Positions 33,161 through 43,775 of a stretch of DNA of 64,000 bases are shown piece by piece. How positions within the stretch are numbered: position 1 is the first letter of the stretch; every line of letters begins with the position of its first letter. The stretch is from a virus. A model generated the notes under the pieces. That model was not told the DNA's origin. It ran no database searches and was given only the letters and a program-made list of their open reading frames with translations. The position numbers were made by a program, and so were the translations under genes. The stretch lies in the IMG/VR virus record IMGVR_UViG_3300025652_000049, positions 1-64,000 of that record; one strand, given 5' to 3'.

Positions 33161-33840
33161 TATCTAAATATTTTTCTAAAAGATTCTTCTACTTCATAAC
33201 TTGATTTACTTCTCTCGTCACCTGTATTGACAAATAAAGAGGTTACAACATCAAGTAGTATTTTTTCAATAGCATCATCTGGCAAGTTTATTATTCTTCC
33301 ATCTGGAGTACTAGTTGTTCCGAAGGTTGGTTTTTTACAATATGTCAATCTAAACGTACTAGCAACAGCTTCGCCGCAGTCTATTTGAAATTGACTTGCC
33401 TCTTGAAGTATAAGAGGGTATTGCTTATTAGCAGATTTATTTGGGTTTCTAAGCGCTACTCTGTATTCTGATTGCGCAATCTTATCTGCTCTAAGAGCTT
33501 TTGTTCCATCATTATAATAAACATCATAAGCAACTGTCCTGTGGTAGTCTGACGGCTCAGCAGATAAATATCTTGGTTTAATAATAACACCGGTAGGAAC
33601 TGCATCTACTACCGACTCATCTAAGACAGCAAGATTCCTAGTAACTATTAAGGGTCTTATATCGTCTGTTATAGTTTGAGTTGTTTCAATTAACTTTAAC
33701 TTCTCTCCTATGAAATCCCAAGCTGAGGTTTCAAATTTATTTAAAAGGACTGGCAATGTAAAATAATCAGAGCCTAGTTTGTCAGCGAACTGATTGATTT
33801 TATTCTTTACTTCAGATACAGTATATATAATACTTGCCAT
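33160..33840 (-). CDS. crAss gene 74-like ring/adaptor protein
   Basis: Gene order; DKLGS, DDIRPL, TYCKKP...LPD motifs. Confidence 0.65.
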   Translation of the reverse strand: MASIIYTVSEVKNKINQFADKLGSDYFTLPVLLNKFETSAWDFIGEKLKLIETTQTITDDIRPLIVTRNLAVLDESVVDAVPTGVIIKPRYLSAEPSDYHRTVAYDVYYNDGTKALRADKIAQSEYRVALRNPNKSANKQYPLILQEASQFQIDCGEAVASTFRLTYCKKPTFGTTSTPDGRIINLPDDAIEKILLDVVTSLFVNTGDERSKSSYEVEESFRKIFR

Positions 33841-33860
33841 TATCAGTCCTTTTAAATTAT

Positions 33861-34703
33861 TTACTCTTTTTTCAACTCATTGTAAAGCTTTTCAGTAAGC
33901 TCTACTTTTAAGTCTGGATTGTTACCGAAATAATCTCTAACACTCTCTTTAGACATTCCTAAAGGATTACCAAGGTAAAGATACATACCATTACTGATAT
34001 CTAAAACTCCCACGCGAAGCATTTCCTTTAATTCAAATTCAAACTGTGCTGCATCAAGGTTATCTAAAATCAATTCAACCTTTTGAGCATTAGCAAGTGA
34101 AGATCTAACAAATGTTTTAAGAGTCTTTCTTAGCTTTTGCTTTTCAATAACCGGTTGAGTTAAATACTTAGCTTCTCGATAAGTCATGTTAAGCTGGGCT
34201 AACACGTAACGAAGCTTTTTTAATCCAACAGATTTTGCTCCAGTATCTAATGATAAAAGACCAATAAGCTTATCGATAAAATCTTCTTGTTCTAAATCTT
34301 CTATTTCTTCGAAATCCAAATTAACTAATTTAATTCTTGGATTACTTCTTTTGTCCTCAATGTATCTTGCAGATAATTTTGTTTGAGATACTTCTACACC
34401 AACTTCAGGGTGGCCAACAAGCCAGTCAATGACTTTACGATGCTCCCTGTTAGTTGTGGGATGCAACATTGTGACTATTTTTTGAATAAAATAACCAGGA
34501 ACGAATTGACCGTTTCTATTTTCAAGATGTCGGTCTTGACCTGTTATCGCATCTGGATAAGAAGATAAAAATCTTCCTGAAAATCCAGCGACTCCAAGAT
34601 TGTTTGTTGTTTTGTAAACTAGTTTCCAAGTTCCATTAATAGCCTCTTCGGTCATTAACTGTTCTGGTCTGTCTAACTTTACTACATTTTTCTGTGCATT
34701 CAT
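33861..34703 (-). CDS. crAss gene 75-like protein
   Basis: Immediately downstream of the MCP; C-terminal Y.Y...LG.....V..Y...N pattern. Confidence 0.6.
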   Translation of the reverse strand: MNAQKNVVKLDRPEQLMTEEAINGTWKLVYKTTNNLGVAGFSGRFLSSYPDAITGQDRHLENRNGQFVPGYFIQKIVTMLHPTTNREHRKVIDWLVGHPEVGVEVSQTKLSARYIEDKRSNPRIKLVNLDFEEIEDLEQEDFIDKLIGLLSLDTGAKSVGLKKLRYVLAQLNMTYREAKYLTQPVIEKQKLRKTLKTFVRSSLANAQKVELILDNLDAAQFEFELKEMLRVGVLDISNGMYLYLGNPLGMSKESVRDYFGNNPDLKVELTEKLYNELKKE

Positions 34704-34714
34704 TATTTATAGTT

Positions 34715-34743
34715 TAAAAACCCCCCTCGTGAGAAGGGGGTAA
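34715..34743 (-). terminator. Rho-independent terminator after MCP
   Basis: ACCCCCTTCTCACGAGGGGGG hairpin followed by a T tract on the minus strand. Confidence 0.75.
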
Positions 34744-34761
34744 TGTTAATACTCAATACTA

Positions 34762-36438
34762 CTAGAACGTGAACGTATTCGCTCCCGCATCTGCAATAGC
34801 AGTTCCAGTTAAAGCACCTCCTGTAAAAGGAGTTGTAGCTTTAAGAATTCCGCATGAGCGAACATCATAAAGAACAGCCATTAACTCAGAAAGCATGTGT
34901 GTTTGACATCCGTCAAATCCACTTGCAGCTGTATTACCTTGGTCAGAACTTGGATCAAAAGAATGCATTCCATCTACGTTCTTTCTGATCATATTACGAC
35001 CTGAACGAGAAAGCACCTCAAAATTCGGTACACCATCGATATCTGTTGCGTTCAGAATATAAATGTGACCTGTTCCTACCAATCCACCATTCACTGGGAA
35101 TAATCCCGGGTGGTTTAATAACTCGTCTTCAATGATTACGAATTCGTTACCAAGATACTTGTAAATAGTAACTTCGAATCCAAGAGTCATTTTCTCTCCA
35201 GAAGCAACATTGTAAACAATGTTTGAAGCCCCCGAAGTTGCAGTGTTCAAATCAAACTGCATCAATTGCTTCATTCCATAATCAAAAGCAGTACAACCGA
35301 TACGGTCAGTAACTCCTAAGAATACATTACCTCTATTCCCTTTTGGAGAACGAGTTGCAAGTACATTAGTAATCGCTTCAATAATCGTATGCGATAAACC
35401 GTTGTTTGGATTGTAATCGAAAGTCGCATTATCTTCGATTTCTGGAATCCAACCATTACCGATAACCGGAGCTTCGATACCTGACTCAGCTTGGAACCCA
35501 CTTACAGTAAGTGCATTTGTTCCATAGTTTTCAAACCATGCGTGAGTTGATGGATCCATAGAGATACGTGAATAACGTAACGCTAATTCATTCATCATAC
35601 GGAAAACGCTTTCCCCACGAAGAACCTCATCAAATTCCCACATCTTACTATCTCTCTTGTCAGAGTTATAGATGTAAGCGATTTTTTGCTTTTTAGCAGA
35701 ACCAGTCATTGTCAAACTGTAACGAGTAATAAAAGAATAGTTAATTCTCCACTTGTTACGGTTGGTTCTTTGTGAACCTTTCAATGAACCTTCTCCGAAA
35801 GCAGAACCAGCTTCAGTAAGAACATTCCCATCAGCCAAATGACTTGTGCTAAACAAAGCAGCAGGTCCAATGGTTTTTCCATCATACACATAATGGTCAT
35901 TTGTAGAAGCTCTACGACCTGGTGAAACTATGATAACGTTCACACCTAAACCATTGTCTAAAACAATTTTGTCGTTAGGATTGAATTTGTCACCATAAAT
36001 TTCAGAAGTCGGATCGTGAGTTACCGAAAATGAAATTAACGTGTCTGTTGCAACATTGGTAAAACCAGCATTGACAGTTCCAGTATTTGTAAATCCATTA
36101 CCCGTCATATCAGGGTTTGGATTGGCGGCATCAAAAAGAGTACCTATTTGTGCTTGACCAAATGAATATGCAGGTAAGATGTCCATACCTTCGTAATTAA
36201 CACGATATGCATTGTCATTGATATCATTAGAGGCAGCCTTAAGCTTTCCTTTTTTGATACCTTGGTTTACACGACCAGAGTAATACATCCAAGATTGAAA
36301 CTTGTTGTATTTTGTAAATAAGTCAAAAGTCTTTCTTTTGACTGCGAAGTCTTTCTTCATCAACGTTGTTAATGAATTTGCTTCTGTGTGAATTTGGGGA
36401 TTAAACCTTTCTTGGCTCCCTCTTAATAAAACTCCCAT
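34762..36438 (-). CDS. Major capsid protein (HK97 fold, crAss-type)
   Basis: 558 aa; SAFGEGS..G, NY..ITRY, GNGWIPEI and SGFDG motifs; position after portal and scaffold; followed by a terminator. Confidence 0.85.
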   Translation of the reverse strand: MGVLLRGSQERFNPQIHTEANSLTTLMKKDFAVKRKTFDLFTKYNKFQSWMYYSGRVNQGIKKGKLKAASNDINDNAYRVNYEGMDILPAYSFGQAQIGTLFDAANPNPDMTGNGFTNTGTVNAGFTNVATDTLISFSVTHDPTSEIYGDKFNPNDKIVLDNGLGVNVIIVSPGRRASTNDHYVYDGKTIGPAALFSTSHLADGNVLTEAGSAFGEGSLKGSQRTNRNKWRINYSFITRYSLTMTGSAKKQKIAYIYNSDKRDSKMWEFDEVLRGESVFRMMNELALRYSRISMDPSTHAWFENYGTNALTVSGFQAESGIEAPVIGNGWIPEIEDNATFDYNPNNGLSHTIIEAITNVLATRSPKGNRGNVFLGVTDRIGCTAFDYGMKQLMQFDLNTATSGASNIVYNVASGEKMTLGFEVTIYKYLGNEFVIIEDELLNHPGLFPVNGGLVGTGHIYILNATDIDGVPNFEVLSRSGRNMIRKNVDGMHSFDPSSDQGNTAASGFDGCQTHMLSELMAVLYDVRSCGILKATTPFTGGALTGTAIADAGANTFTF

Positions 36439-36554
36439 GTTAAAATAGATTTTTAAAATTAATAATTTGTTTTAAAAACCTCCTACTTAATTGCCCTTGG
36501 CCACTTTGCAAAAGGATACATAATTTTGAAAAATAACTAGAACATTGTTCATGT

Positions 36555-37616
36555 TTACTCTTCTCTTTTCACAGGTGCGTTATAAAGCACATCTGCAATT
36601 AGTCCATCTTGTGTTGAAGCGCTGCTTGCTGGGGAACTTCGTCTACTACTAGTTCCGGGAATTGGCTTAGAATCCTTGTTGTTTTTGAATTCGTCCAACA
36701 TGGCCTTAATACCATCCTCATACTTCATCCCTGTCGAAGATTTAAAGATTTCCTCTTTGTATATTCGGAACAGGGCGAGCTCAGCTAAAGCTTCTTTATC
36801 GGCTTTCAACTCATCGATAAACTTACCCGACTGTACATCCTTGTACGTATCGACTATTTTTTTGTTGTCAAGATTAACCCCAAAAAAACTTTGTTGTTTA
36901 GATATCTTGGCAAATACATTTTGTAATTCTTCTTTTTCTGTTTTTTCTAATACCGCCGCAGCAGCTTCACGTTGAGAGACAACCCCACGCTTTGCCTCTA
37001 TAGCTGGATTTACTTTTAAGTTTTCTATCTCACCTCTTAATTTAGCAGCTTGAAGGCTTAGTGTTCTTGAATCTATTAAATCTTGAACTTGCTCTTCAAT
37101 ATCAATTTTTACATCTTCGTCATTCAGATTTTGCTTATTGTTGATAGCAATCATTTCAAACTGCTTAGTCATAAGAGCTTCGTCCTCTAACTTTAATAAA
37201 GGCTCATAAAAGTCAAGGGTAAGTTCAGCATCTTCTAGAATTTTCTCATTAGTTTCTTTTTCTTCTTCTTCTTTTTTTCCATCTAAAAATGATTTAAACT
37301 CAGCTTCATTCTCGAAGTTAGTATCCATTTTTTTATTCAAAGCTTCAATATCAAAGTCTCCTCCTTTATCTTCTTCTCCTTTATCTTCAAAGTTTAACCC
37401 AGTTTGCTCTTCCTCTTCTTCTTCATTTTCTTTAGCTTCTTCAGCAGCAACTAACAATGGGTCTTTATCTAAAACTACACCATCGTAATCTTCTGGATCA
37501 AAAGTATCATCTTTATCGTCCAAGTCGTCTTGGTCAAATTCAAATAACTCATTTGCATCGCTTTTGGGAAACATGTCTTCTTGGAAATCTAGGTTTTCTG
37601 TGCCTTGCTTATTCAT
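36555..37616 (-). CDS. Scaffolding-like acidic protein (crAss gene 77)
   Basis: Highly acidic, helical; between portal and MCP. Confidence 0.7.
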   Translation of the reverse strand: MNKQGTENLDFQEDMFPKSDANELFEFDQDDLDDKDDTFDPEDYDGVVLDKDPLLVAAEEAKENEEEEEEQTGLNFEDKGEEDKGGDFDIEALNKKMDTNFENEAEFKSFLDGKKEEEEKETNEKILEDAELTLDFYEPLLKLEDEALMTKQFEMIAINNKQNLNDEDVKIDIEEQVQDLIDSRTLSLQAAKLRGEIENLKVNPAIEAKRGVVSQREAAAAVLEKTEKEELQNVFAKISKQQSFFGVNLDNKKIVDTYKDVQSGKFIDELKADKEALAELALFRIYKEEIFKSSTGMKYEDGIKAMLDEFKNNKDSKPIPGTSSRRSSPASSASTQDGLIADVLYNAPVKREE

Positions 37617-37629
37617 AGTTTAGTTTTAA

Positions 37630-37637
37630 CAAATTTA
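37630..37637 (-). promoter_or_regulatory. Bacteroidota -7 element (TAAATTTG) upstream of scaffold/MCP
   Basis: TAnnTTTG match 14 nt upstream of ATG 37616. Confidence 0.55.
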
Positions 37638-37644
37638 TAAAAAA

Positions 37645-39891
37645 TTATTTTACTGATTCTTTTTGCCTACTCTGCTCTCTAGATTTTTCTAAATCAACAT
37701 CAAGCTTTGCTGCTGTTTGACGTTCTTGAGATTGATTTTTCTGAAGACCATCTTGCGCTTTACCATCTTTATAAATGTATGCCACATCTTTGTCTTTTTG
37801 ATAACCATCCCTAGTAAGAGTTCTATCATCTTCCTTGCTTTTGGCTTCTGCTTCCATAGCAGCTTGTGCTTGTTCTGCATCTGCCTTAGCTTGTTCCTCT
37901 CTAAGTTTAGCCATAGAATTAACCATTCTTTGGAAAACAGCTTTCTTTTCATTTGCGCTATCTCCCTCAAATACTTCAATAAGACCTAAAGCCATTTCTG
38001 GCGCCGAGCTATTACCTAATGCAACCTCAGCAGCTCTATCTATGATATCGCTCATTTCTTGGTCTTTTCTTGCATCACCTAGATATATACCCATGTCAGC
38101 AAGGAAAAACTCTTTAAATAATTTTAAGAATTTTGTTTTAAACTCTCCAACTACATACTGCAACACTTCACCTTCTTCATAATCAAATTTCATTTTCATG
38201 ATAGCCTTGCTTAAAATAGCCTGGACAAACTCATCGAATGGTGTATAGAACACTTCAGTACGCGCAGCCGAAGCTCTAATAGCTTTGTCGGTTCCTGTCG
38301 CTGTTTGGTATTGACCAATGTTACCTTCCCTCTCTGGTGTAAACCCAGTGAACTTAGCAGCTAAGTCTTCTATAATAGCAAGACCATTAAATAAATCTTG
38401 AATAACTCCTTTTTGACTGAGGTCTAAACTTGTGAATTGATTGAAGTTTTGTTTTGCTCCTTTGTCTTTAGAATTAAACATAAGAAACTGATCCTTCTTA
38501 ACATGGTGCATTACTCTGTTAAGACCATTTTCATAACCACCTTTAGTAAATGCTTTTGGTGTTTGGGCAGTATCGTATAAAAGAACTTTTGAATTACCAA
38601 CTTTCTTAAGAGCAAGACGAATTTCAAATAACGTTTCCGAAGCTAGTTCTTGAAGCTGATATAATTTAGAAGCCATTGATTTAACTTGAGATGTACCACT
38701 GTCATTATCTCTTACAATAGAAATAACAGGCAGTGTACATGACCAAGGAGCATCTTTCCTTGATAGTCTCTGTTCCATTACCCCCCACTCTAATACAATC
38801 TCTGGGCCCAACATAATACAATGTCTAGGAACTTCACCAATGTATTTTTTGATAGTATCAGTTTTTCTAATTCTATCTCCTTCTTTTAATTTTTTATGAA
38901 ATTTCTGACCTTCCTTATTTTCATTAACCTTAATGTTAACTGTCTTTTGAGACTTCCACATACATTTACTTAAACGAATGCGATTCACTTTGTTGTCAGT
39001 CTTATACCAACCATCATATTTCATTGAAGATGATAGTTGCTCCGAGTCATGAGAGCTAGTGCTTAAAGATGTCATATTCGTGAACATGATATTTATAGAC
39101 TCTTTTTGCCCTTTGTCAAGTTCTGGAAATGTATTGTAAATTTCATTCTGAGTAAGCCACCAACTTTGATAAAAGAACTCATGGTCGTCTTGAACAACTT
39201 TATAAGGATCTAAATCATAGTCACAATCTAAAGGATGTGTGCCGTACATTGTCGTATGTCCTTTAGCTTTATCTAATACAGCGTGTCCTCTATCAGAAAT
39301 AAGGTAATTTCTAAACATACCTTTAAGTTTTTTCTTTTCTCCACGTACATCTAAGAATAAATCTATTAAATCGTTAGCTACTGTTTCAGCTACAGATTTG
39401 AAGTCTTGTGAAAAGAATTCTTCTACATCTTCAGGAAGATCTAAATCTTTTAATGGAGTTTCCGGAGTATAACCCAAATCAGGATTTAACTGTTCGGCTA
39501 TGTCTCTCATAATTTCTTCACCGAGCATTTCAAGTTTCTTCTGAAACTTAGCATTCTTAGAAGATTTGTCCATTGCGTAGGCTCTACTTTTTATAGGTCT
39601 ACGAATAAAATCACCGATCGCTTGTTCTATTTTTGATTGAATAAGAGGGTAAACTATATACTCAATACCTAAATCATATCCATTTGGACAAGTAATTGCT
39701 TGTGCTAATTTAGTTTCTGCAGGGCCAAGTTCGGCATTATAACCGCGAAACATCTTTAAAATATATTTTCTTTGGTCGTCGTAATTAGTGCTTAATGTAA
39801 AAGCAGAGTGAGCAAGATTGTGGTTTACATGCCACTGCTTGTCCTTTAACGATTCTGGTATCGTCTGGTCTGGAATTCCTAAAACACTCAT
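37645..39891 (-). CDS. Portal protein
   Basis: 748 aa; PDQTIPESLKDKQW N-terminus, YPLIQSKI..IGD, G.TPEREG.I...T motifs; directly after TerL. Confidence 0.88.
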   Translation of the reverse strand: MSVLGIPDQTIPESLKDKQWHVNHNLAHSAFTLSTNYDDQRKYILKMFRGYNAELGPAETKLAQAITCPNGYDLGIEYIVYPLIQSKIEQAIGDFIRRPIKSRAYAMDKSSKNAKFQKKLEMLGEEIMRDIAEQLNPDLGYTPETPLKDLDLPEDVEEFFSQDFKSVAETVANDLIDLFLDVRGEKKKLKGMFRNYLISDRGHAVLDKAKGHTTMYGTHPLDCDYDLDPYKVVQDDHEFFYQSWWLTQNEIYNTFPELDKGQKESINIMFTNMTSLSTSSHDSEQLSSSMKYDGWYKTDNKVNRIRLSKCMWKSQKTVNIKVNENKEGQKFHKKLKEGDRIRKTDTIKKYIGEVPRHCIMLGPEIVLEWGVMEQRLSRKDAPWSCTLPVISIVRDNDSGTSQVKSMASKLYQLQELASETLFEIRLALKKVGNSKVLLYDTAQTPKAFTKGGYENGLNRVMHHVKKDQFLMFNSKDKGAKQNFNQFTSLDLSQKGVIQDLFNGLAIIEDLAAKFTGFTPEREGNIGQYQTATGTDKAIRASAARTEVFYTPFDEFVQAILSKAIMKMKFDYEEGEVLQYVVGEFKTKFLKLFKEFFLADMGIYLGDARKDQEMSDIIDRAAEVALGNSSAPEMALGLIEVFEGDSANEKKAVFQRMVNSMAKLREEQAKADAEQAQAAMEAEAKSKEDDRTLTRDGYQKDKDVAYIYKDGKAQDGLQKNQSQERQTAAKLDVDLEKSREQSRQKESVK

Positions 39892-39912
39892 AATATATTT
39901 TTTATAAAGGTA

Positions 39913-42090
39913 TTAATTTTCATTCAATTTATTGTGATGCTGTTCAAGTACAAAAGCCATTGGGTCATTTCCGTACTTTTTAAGGATATCTTCACGTTCT
40001 TTTTTAATCTTATTTATAGAACTTACTTTAGCCTGTTCGTAGCTTTTCTTATCTTCTCCGCTGAGGTCGTACTCTGGATTCCATACATTAATCTTCTCTT
40101 GATCAAACCCATCATCATAGTCCTGAGTTTCAGCGTAGGTCTTAAAGATACGAATACCATCTTCAATAACCCAATGCCCCATGTTATCTAAAATATCACC
40201 TTCATACTGAGTATCTTCATCAATACCATCGGTTAAATCTCCAAAACTATCAAGTCTAGAAATAAGAACCATTCCGTAAGCTGAAGCTAAATCGGCATTG
40301 GCATCACCAAAATCAATCAAGTGGTCTAGTATTTCTTCAAACCATATGTTGTTGAAATTCTCATTAACCTCTTTCTTTAGTAATCTTACAATTATTTTAA
40401 AAGCATGTTGGTTAGACATTTTAAATCCATACTGGTTTACTGCTTTTGAATTATAGCCCTCACCACTTAAGTCCGGCCGACCTTTTAAATGCTGTAAAGC
40501 TCCGACATCTTCGAAATGAGTTTTAATTAAAATCTTAGTCCATTCTAACAATACCTCTGAATCATAATAGATAGCAAGTCTTAATGTGTTAGAATAGAAT
40601 TCATCATCATTATCAGAAGTACCCCTATCCATTACATACGCGATAGGCATATTGTAAGGATGAGTAACCCCATGAAAACAACGATATACGATAGTAGCTC
40701 CTAATGAACCAGTACCTTCTGCAACCTCATCATCATAACTATCACAACCGATAATATCAGGATTGTACGCAACCTTTTTCTGATCAACTGGGTCCAGAAG
40801 TTTTTTAATAGTACCAAGTTCTTCATCTTCAATAAATTTAATCTTAGAACCTCTTTGGAAATGAATTTTATCTTCTTCCTTTATGTTTTTTGCTCGAGCA
40901 ATAAGCCTAAGTGTTGTTGGGTCTTTAGTGGTCCACTCTAATCTACCTGTTTGAATTAGGTAAGGACAGTTTTCTAAATTGTTACGTTGCGCATTTAACT
41001 TCTGACGGTTTAATAAACCTCCTGAGTTTTTAATAAAGATTTCAGACTCTTTAAGTGGGTATGACTGAATATGTTTTACGAAGCCTTCTGAATTCTTTTT
41101 TGCTTCACGCTCTGCCTCAATATGTATTCTTGCAGCTTTATGATTGGTACGTCCTGTTCTGAAATCAAAGAATGAAATTGTTTTCTTAGTTTCTTTATCT
41201 GGAATACCATCACCAGGGTAAAAGTCAGTCGCAGAAATAAATACTTTTTTAAGATTGTACACATCCTTATCAGCGTACCACATTTTCTTGTAACCTTTAG
41301 ATCCTTTCTCGATATCACCACCGGTACCATAAACGATTGGAGTTCCAAACTGATTTGAACCATCTTTGAAACAAGGTTCGGTAGATTTGAAAGCTGCTAC
41401 TATATCCGCGAATAAACCAGCCTCTTCAAAAATTACTAATGCTAACGATTTACCCTCAAACCCTGTTGGCTTGGCATACATCGTTTTCATAAACATTTGA
41501 GATAGCAAACCACCTTCCTTTGGTTGCTTGTTATCAATGTACTTATATCCTAGTTTTATTTCCTCACTATTTTTAGTAATGATACCTGAAGCATACTCTG
41601 GACGTACATTATCTAGAAGCGCTTTTACTTTCTCATAGAAATCTTGAGCTTTATCATCTTGCCCAGCTGCTACACCAATCTTACCGTTTTTGTAAAATAA
41701 CAACTCATAGGTTGATGTTGTAGCACCTACCCAAGACAATCCTACCCTACGAGGCTTTCCAACAATAAGACCATGCTTGTGTCTTTTAGCTCCTTTTATT
41801 TCATCAAAAAGCCTACGATCTAACTCCCGATAAAATGGGTAATCATAGGACTTTCTTGTAGCTCCTTTTTTAAGAAGCTCAATTTTACACATGTTCAAAT
41901 AGAAGTAATGCTCATTGGATATCGATGGCATAAACCTCGAAGGCTTATATCCATTAAGACAGCGATTATCCTGTTCATCCCAAAAATCATCATATGCTAA
42001 AGTACCAGGATTAAAATCTGGTATTGGCATTTCGACTAATGGCCGATAAAGAGTACTATCAAATTTATTCCAATCTATATTTACTTCCAT
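39913..42090 (-). CDS. terL: Terminase large subunit
   Basis: GKPRRVGLS (Walker A), VIFEEAG (Walker B), YGTGG coupling motif, IIGCDSY nuclease Asp. Confidence 0.93.
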   Translation of the reverse strand: MEVNIDWNKFDSTLYRPLVEMPIPDFNPGTLAYDDFWDEQDNRCLNGYKPSRFMPSISNEHYFYLNMCKIELLKKGATRKSYDYPFYRELDRRLFDEIKGAKRHKHGLIVGKPRRVGLSWVGATTSTYELLFYKNGKIGVAAGQDDKAQDFYEKVKALLDNVRPEYASGIITKNSEEIKLGYKYIDNKQPKEGGLLSQMFMKTMYAKPTGFEGKSLALVIFEEAGLFADIVAAFKSTEPCFKDGSNQFGTPIVYGTGGDIEKGSKGYKKMWYADKDVYNLKKVFISATDFYPGDGIPDKETKKTISFFDFRTGRTNHKAARIHIEAEREAKKNSEGFVKHIQSYPLKESEIFIKNSGGLLNRQKLNAQRNNLENCPYLIQTGRLEWTTKDPTTLRLIARAKNIKEEDKIHFQRGSKIKFIEDEELGTIKKLLDPVDQKKVAYNPDIIGCDSYDDEVAEGTGSLGATIVYRCFHGVTHPYNMPIAYVMDRGTSDNDDEFYSNTLRLAIYYDSEVLLEWTKILIKTHFEDVGALQHLKGRPDLSGEGYNSKAVNQYGFKMSNQHAFKIIVRLLKKEVNENFNNIWFEEILDHLIDFGDANADLASAYGMVLISRLDSFGDLTDGIDEDTQYEGDILDNMGHWVIEDGIRIFKTYAETQDYDDGFDQEKINVWNPEYDLSGEDKKSYEQAKVSSINKIKKEREDILKKYGNDPMAFVLEQHHNKLNEN

Positions 42091-42099
42091 ATAGTGACA

Positions 42100-42141
42100 C
42101 TAAAAAAACAAAGACACCAGCAGTCTCCCACCGATGCCCCT
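42100..42141 (-). terminator. Hairpin plus U tract between putative TerS and TerL
   Basis: GGCATCGGTG-GGAGA-CTGCTGGTGTC followed by TTTGTTTTTTT on the minus strand. Confidence 0.5.
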
Positions 42142-42170
42142 GCACAGAAAACTGATAAAACGCGAATTTC

Positions 42171-42767
42171 TCATCTGACTTTCTGATAAAAAGAATTCTT
42201 CTTATCTACAAGCTGTTCCAATCTAGACAAAGTATATCCTTGCTTAACTGGTGACTTCTCATAAATATCTTTTCCTTGTACTTGTTCTTCAAAATATTTT
42301 ATATCTGCATTTATATCACGAAGCTCTTTAGCTACGGTTGCAGGATTTCTAAATGTAAGTTCTTCCCCATTAGGACCTTTATGGCCTTTGCCATACATTT
42401 TCTCAGACTCACTAAACTCCCTAAGCTTATTCACTTTCCTTTGGTAATGTATCTTACCTTCCTCAAGAGTTGGGTCGTATTGCAAAGCATCGTATTTAAT
42501 CAACGCGTCCTGAATCTCCTTTCTTTTCCAAATAAACTTGTCACGCTCGCCAGTAACCTCTTCCATTGCAGCTCTAGGTCTGTCCTTCATGTTATAGAAT
42601 CTCTTCGGAGATTGATAGTCAGCTACGAGAGCAATCGCAGTTAAGCACTGAAGACCTAATTCTTCAATGTCTAATATAACACGAAATTCTTTAATAGCAA
42701 GTAAACCATCATTGTTTTCTCCAAGCTCTAAAAGACCGGTCTTTGGGTTTATGGATACTAAATACAT
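42171..42767 (-). CDS. Putative terminase small subunit
   Basis: 198-aa helical protein directly upstream of TerL; DYQSP motif. Confidence 0.5.
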   Translation of the reverse strand: MYLVSINPKTGLLELGENNDGLLAIKEFRVILDIEELGLQCLTAIALVADYQSPKRFYNMKDRPRAAMEEVTGERDKFIWKRKEIQDALIKYDALQYDPTLEEGKIHYQRKVNKLREFSESEKMYGKGHKGPNGEELTFRNPATVAKELRDINADIKYFEEQVQGKDIYEKSPVKQGYTLSRLEQLVDKKNSFYQKVR

Positions 42768-42780
42768 TTGTCAAATTTAT

Positions 42781-42812
42781 AAAAAAATAAGGGAACCATT
42801 TGGATCCCCTGT
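42781..42812 (-). terminator. Rho-independent terminator
   Basis: GGGGATCCAAATGGTTCCC hairpin plus TTATTTTTTT; abuts a TAAATTTG -7 element at 42772-42779. Confidence 0.6.
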
Positions 42813-42815
42813 TTT

Positions 42816-43136
42816 TCATTTGAATATATCATTACTGGCATACTCTTTCATTTTTCTTTCTATTGCACGACGATCTAAAAAGACTTGGTATCTTTCATTT
42901 ATTATTTCACAGAAATCAGCAATTTTTTTTTCAGGATATATAAATTTTAAAAACTCCACAAGCCAACCTATTTTATAAATAGTCTTGTTTTTATTGCTTT
43001 TGAACTTAGAAGGAATGATAAAAATTAAATCTCCTTTCATTTCACTTTTAAGTAAAGTTTCTAAATCTTGAGGAAAAAGCCTTTCAATATCAGAAACATT
43101 TTCTATTATAAATCCTGTGTGTTTAAATGAAATCAT
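42816..43136 (-). CDS. Hypothetical protein
   Basis: 106-aa ORF in the operon. Confidence 0.6.
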   Translation of the reverse strand: MISFKHTGFIIENVSDIERLFPQDLETLLKSEMKGDLIFIIPSKFKSNKNKTIYKIGWLVEFLKFIYPEKKIADFCEIINERYQVFLDRRAIERKMKEYASNDIFK

Positions 43137-43534
43137 TAATCGTCTTTTACAATTTTAAAATTAGATTTAGGCTTAGATTTTATAGAAGGTTTTAAGTCCT
43201 TTTTTTCTTTAAGCTTAAACATCCTGTCTCTTTCTTGCTCAAAAGCTTCTGAGATCCTAGCCATATCATCAGACAAAGTTACATCTTTTCCGAATTGTCC
43301 TCTTACACGTTTGCAAATTTCTTTATCAATCGATGCGCTGGCTTCATTATTCTTTCCAAGCTTAAAGTGAAATTCTTTTTCAATCTTACTTACATATCCC
43401 GGACTTACCTCGCCAGTCTTTGCTAATGTTTCAGCTTCTTGAAATAAACCATATAGTGATCTACTTGTAAACTCAAGTAACTGTTGGTAATTTAATAATA
43501 CGGATGTTGGTATTTCTGTTATTTTTTTAGCCAT
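43136..43534 (-). CDS. Hypothetical protein
   Basis: 132-aa ORF, translationally coupled. Confidence 0.6.
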   Translation of the reverse strand: MAKKITEIPTSVLLNYQQLLEFTSRSLYGLFQEAETLAKTGEVSPGYVSKIEKEFHFKLGKNNEASASIDKEICKRVRGQFGKDVTLSDDMARISEAFEQERDRMFKLKEKKDLKPSIKSKPKSNFKIVKDD

Positions 43535-43775
43535 TGTGAATTTTTGTTGCGTTAATACTTCTTTTTATAACACTATGAAAATGCTTTCCTTTACTTTCGG
43601 ATTCATAGAAATTATCATAATCTTCTTGAGTTGATGGACTGTATCTATAAATACTTCCATTACCAAATCTAATATATATTGCTTTTCCTGAAGCAGTATG
43701 TCCAATCTCTTTAATTTGAGAACTTGCAACTTCCTCTGTTTGCAAGTCCTCTTCTTTTGCGTAGCTACTTATCAT
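43527..43775 (-). CDS. KTSC-domain protein
   Basis: SSQIKEIGH...IRFGNGSIYRY...SESKGKHFH..IK. Confidence 0.85.
   Translation of the reverse strand: MISSYAKEEDLQTEEVASSQIKEIGHTASGKAIYIRFGNGSIYRYSPSTQEDYDNFYESESKGKHFHSVIKRSINATKIHNG

Noticed and set aside
39913-42090. Intein or intron in TerL
   Set aside because: Continuous ORF of normal size with no intein or homing-endonuclease motifs seen
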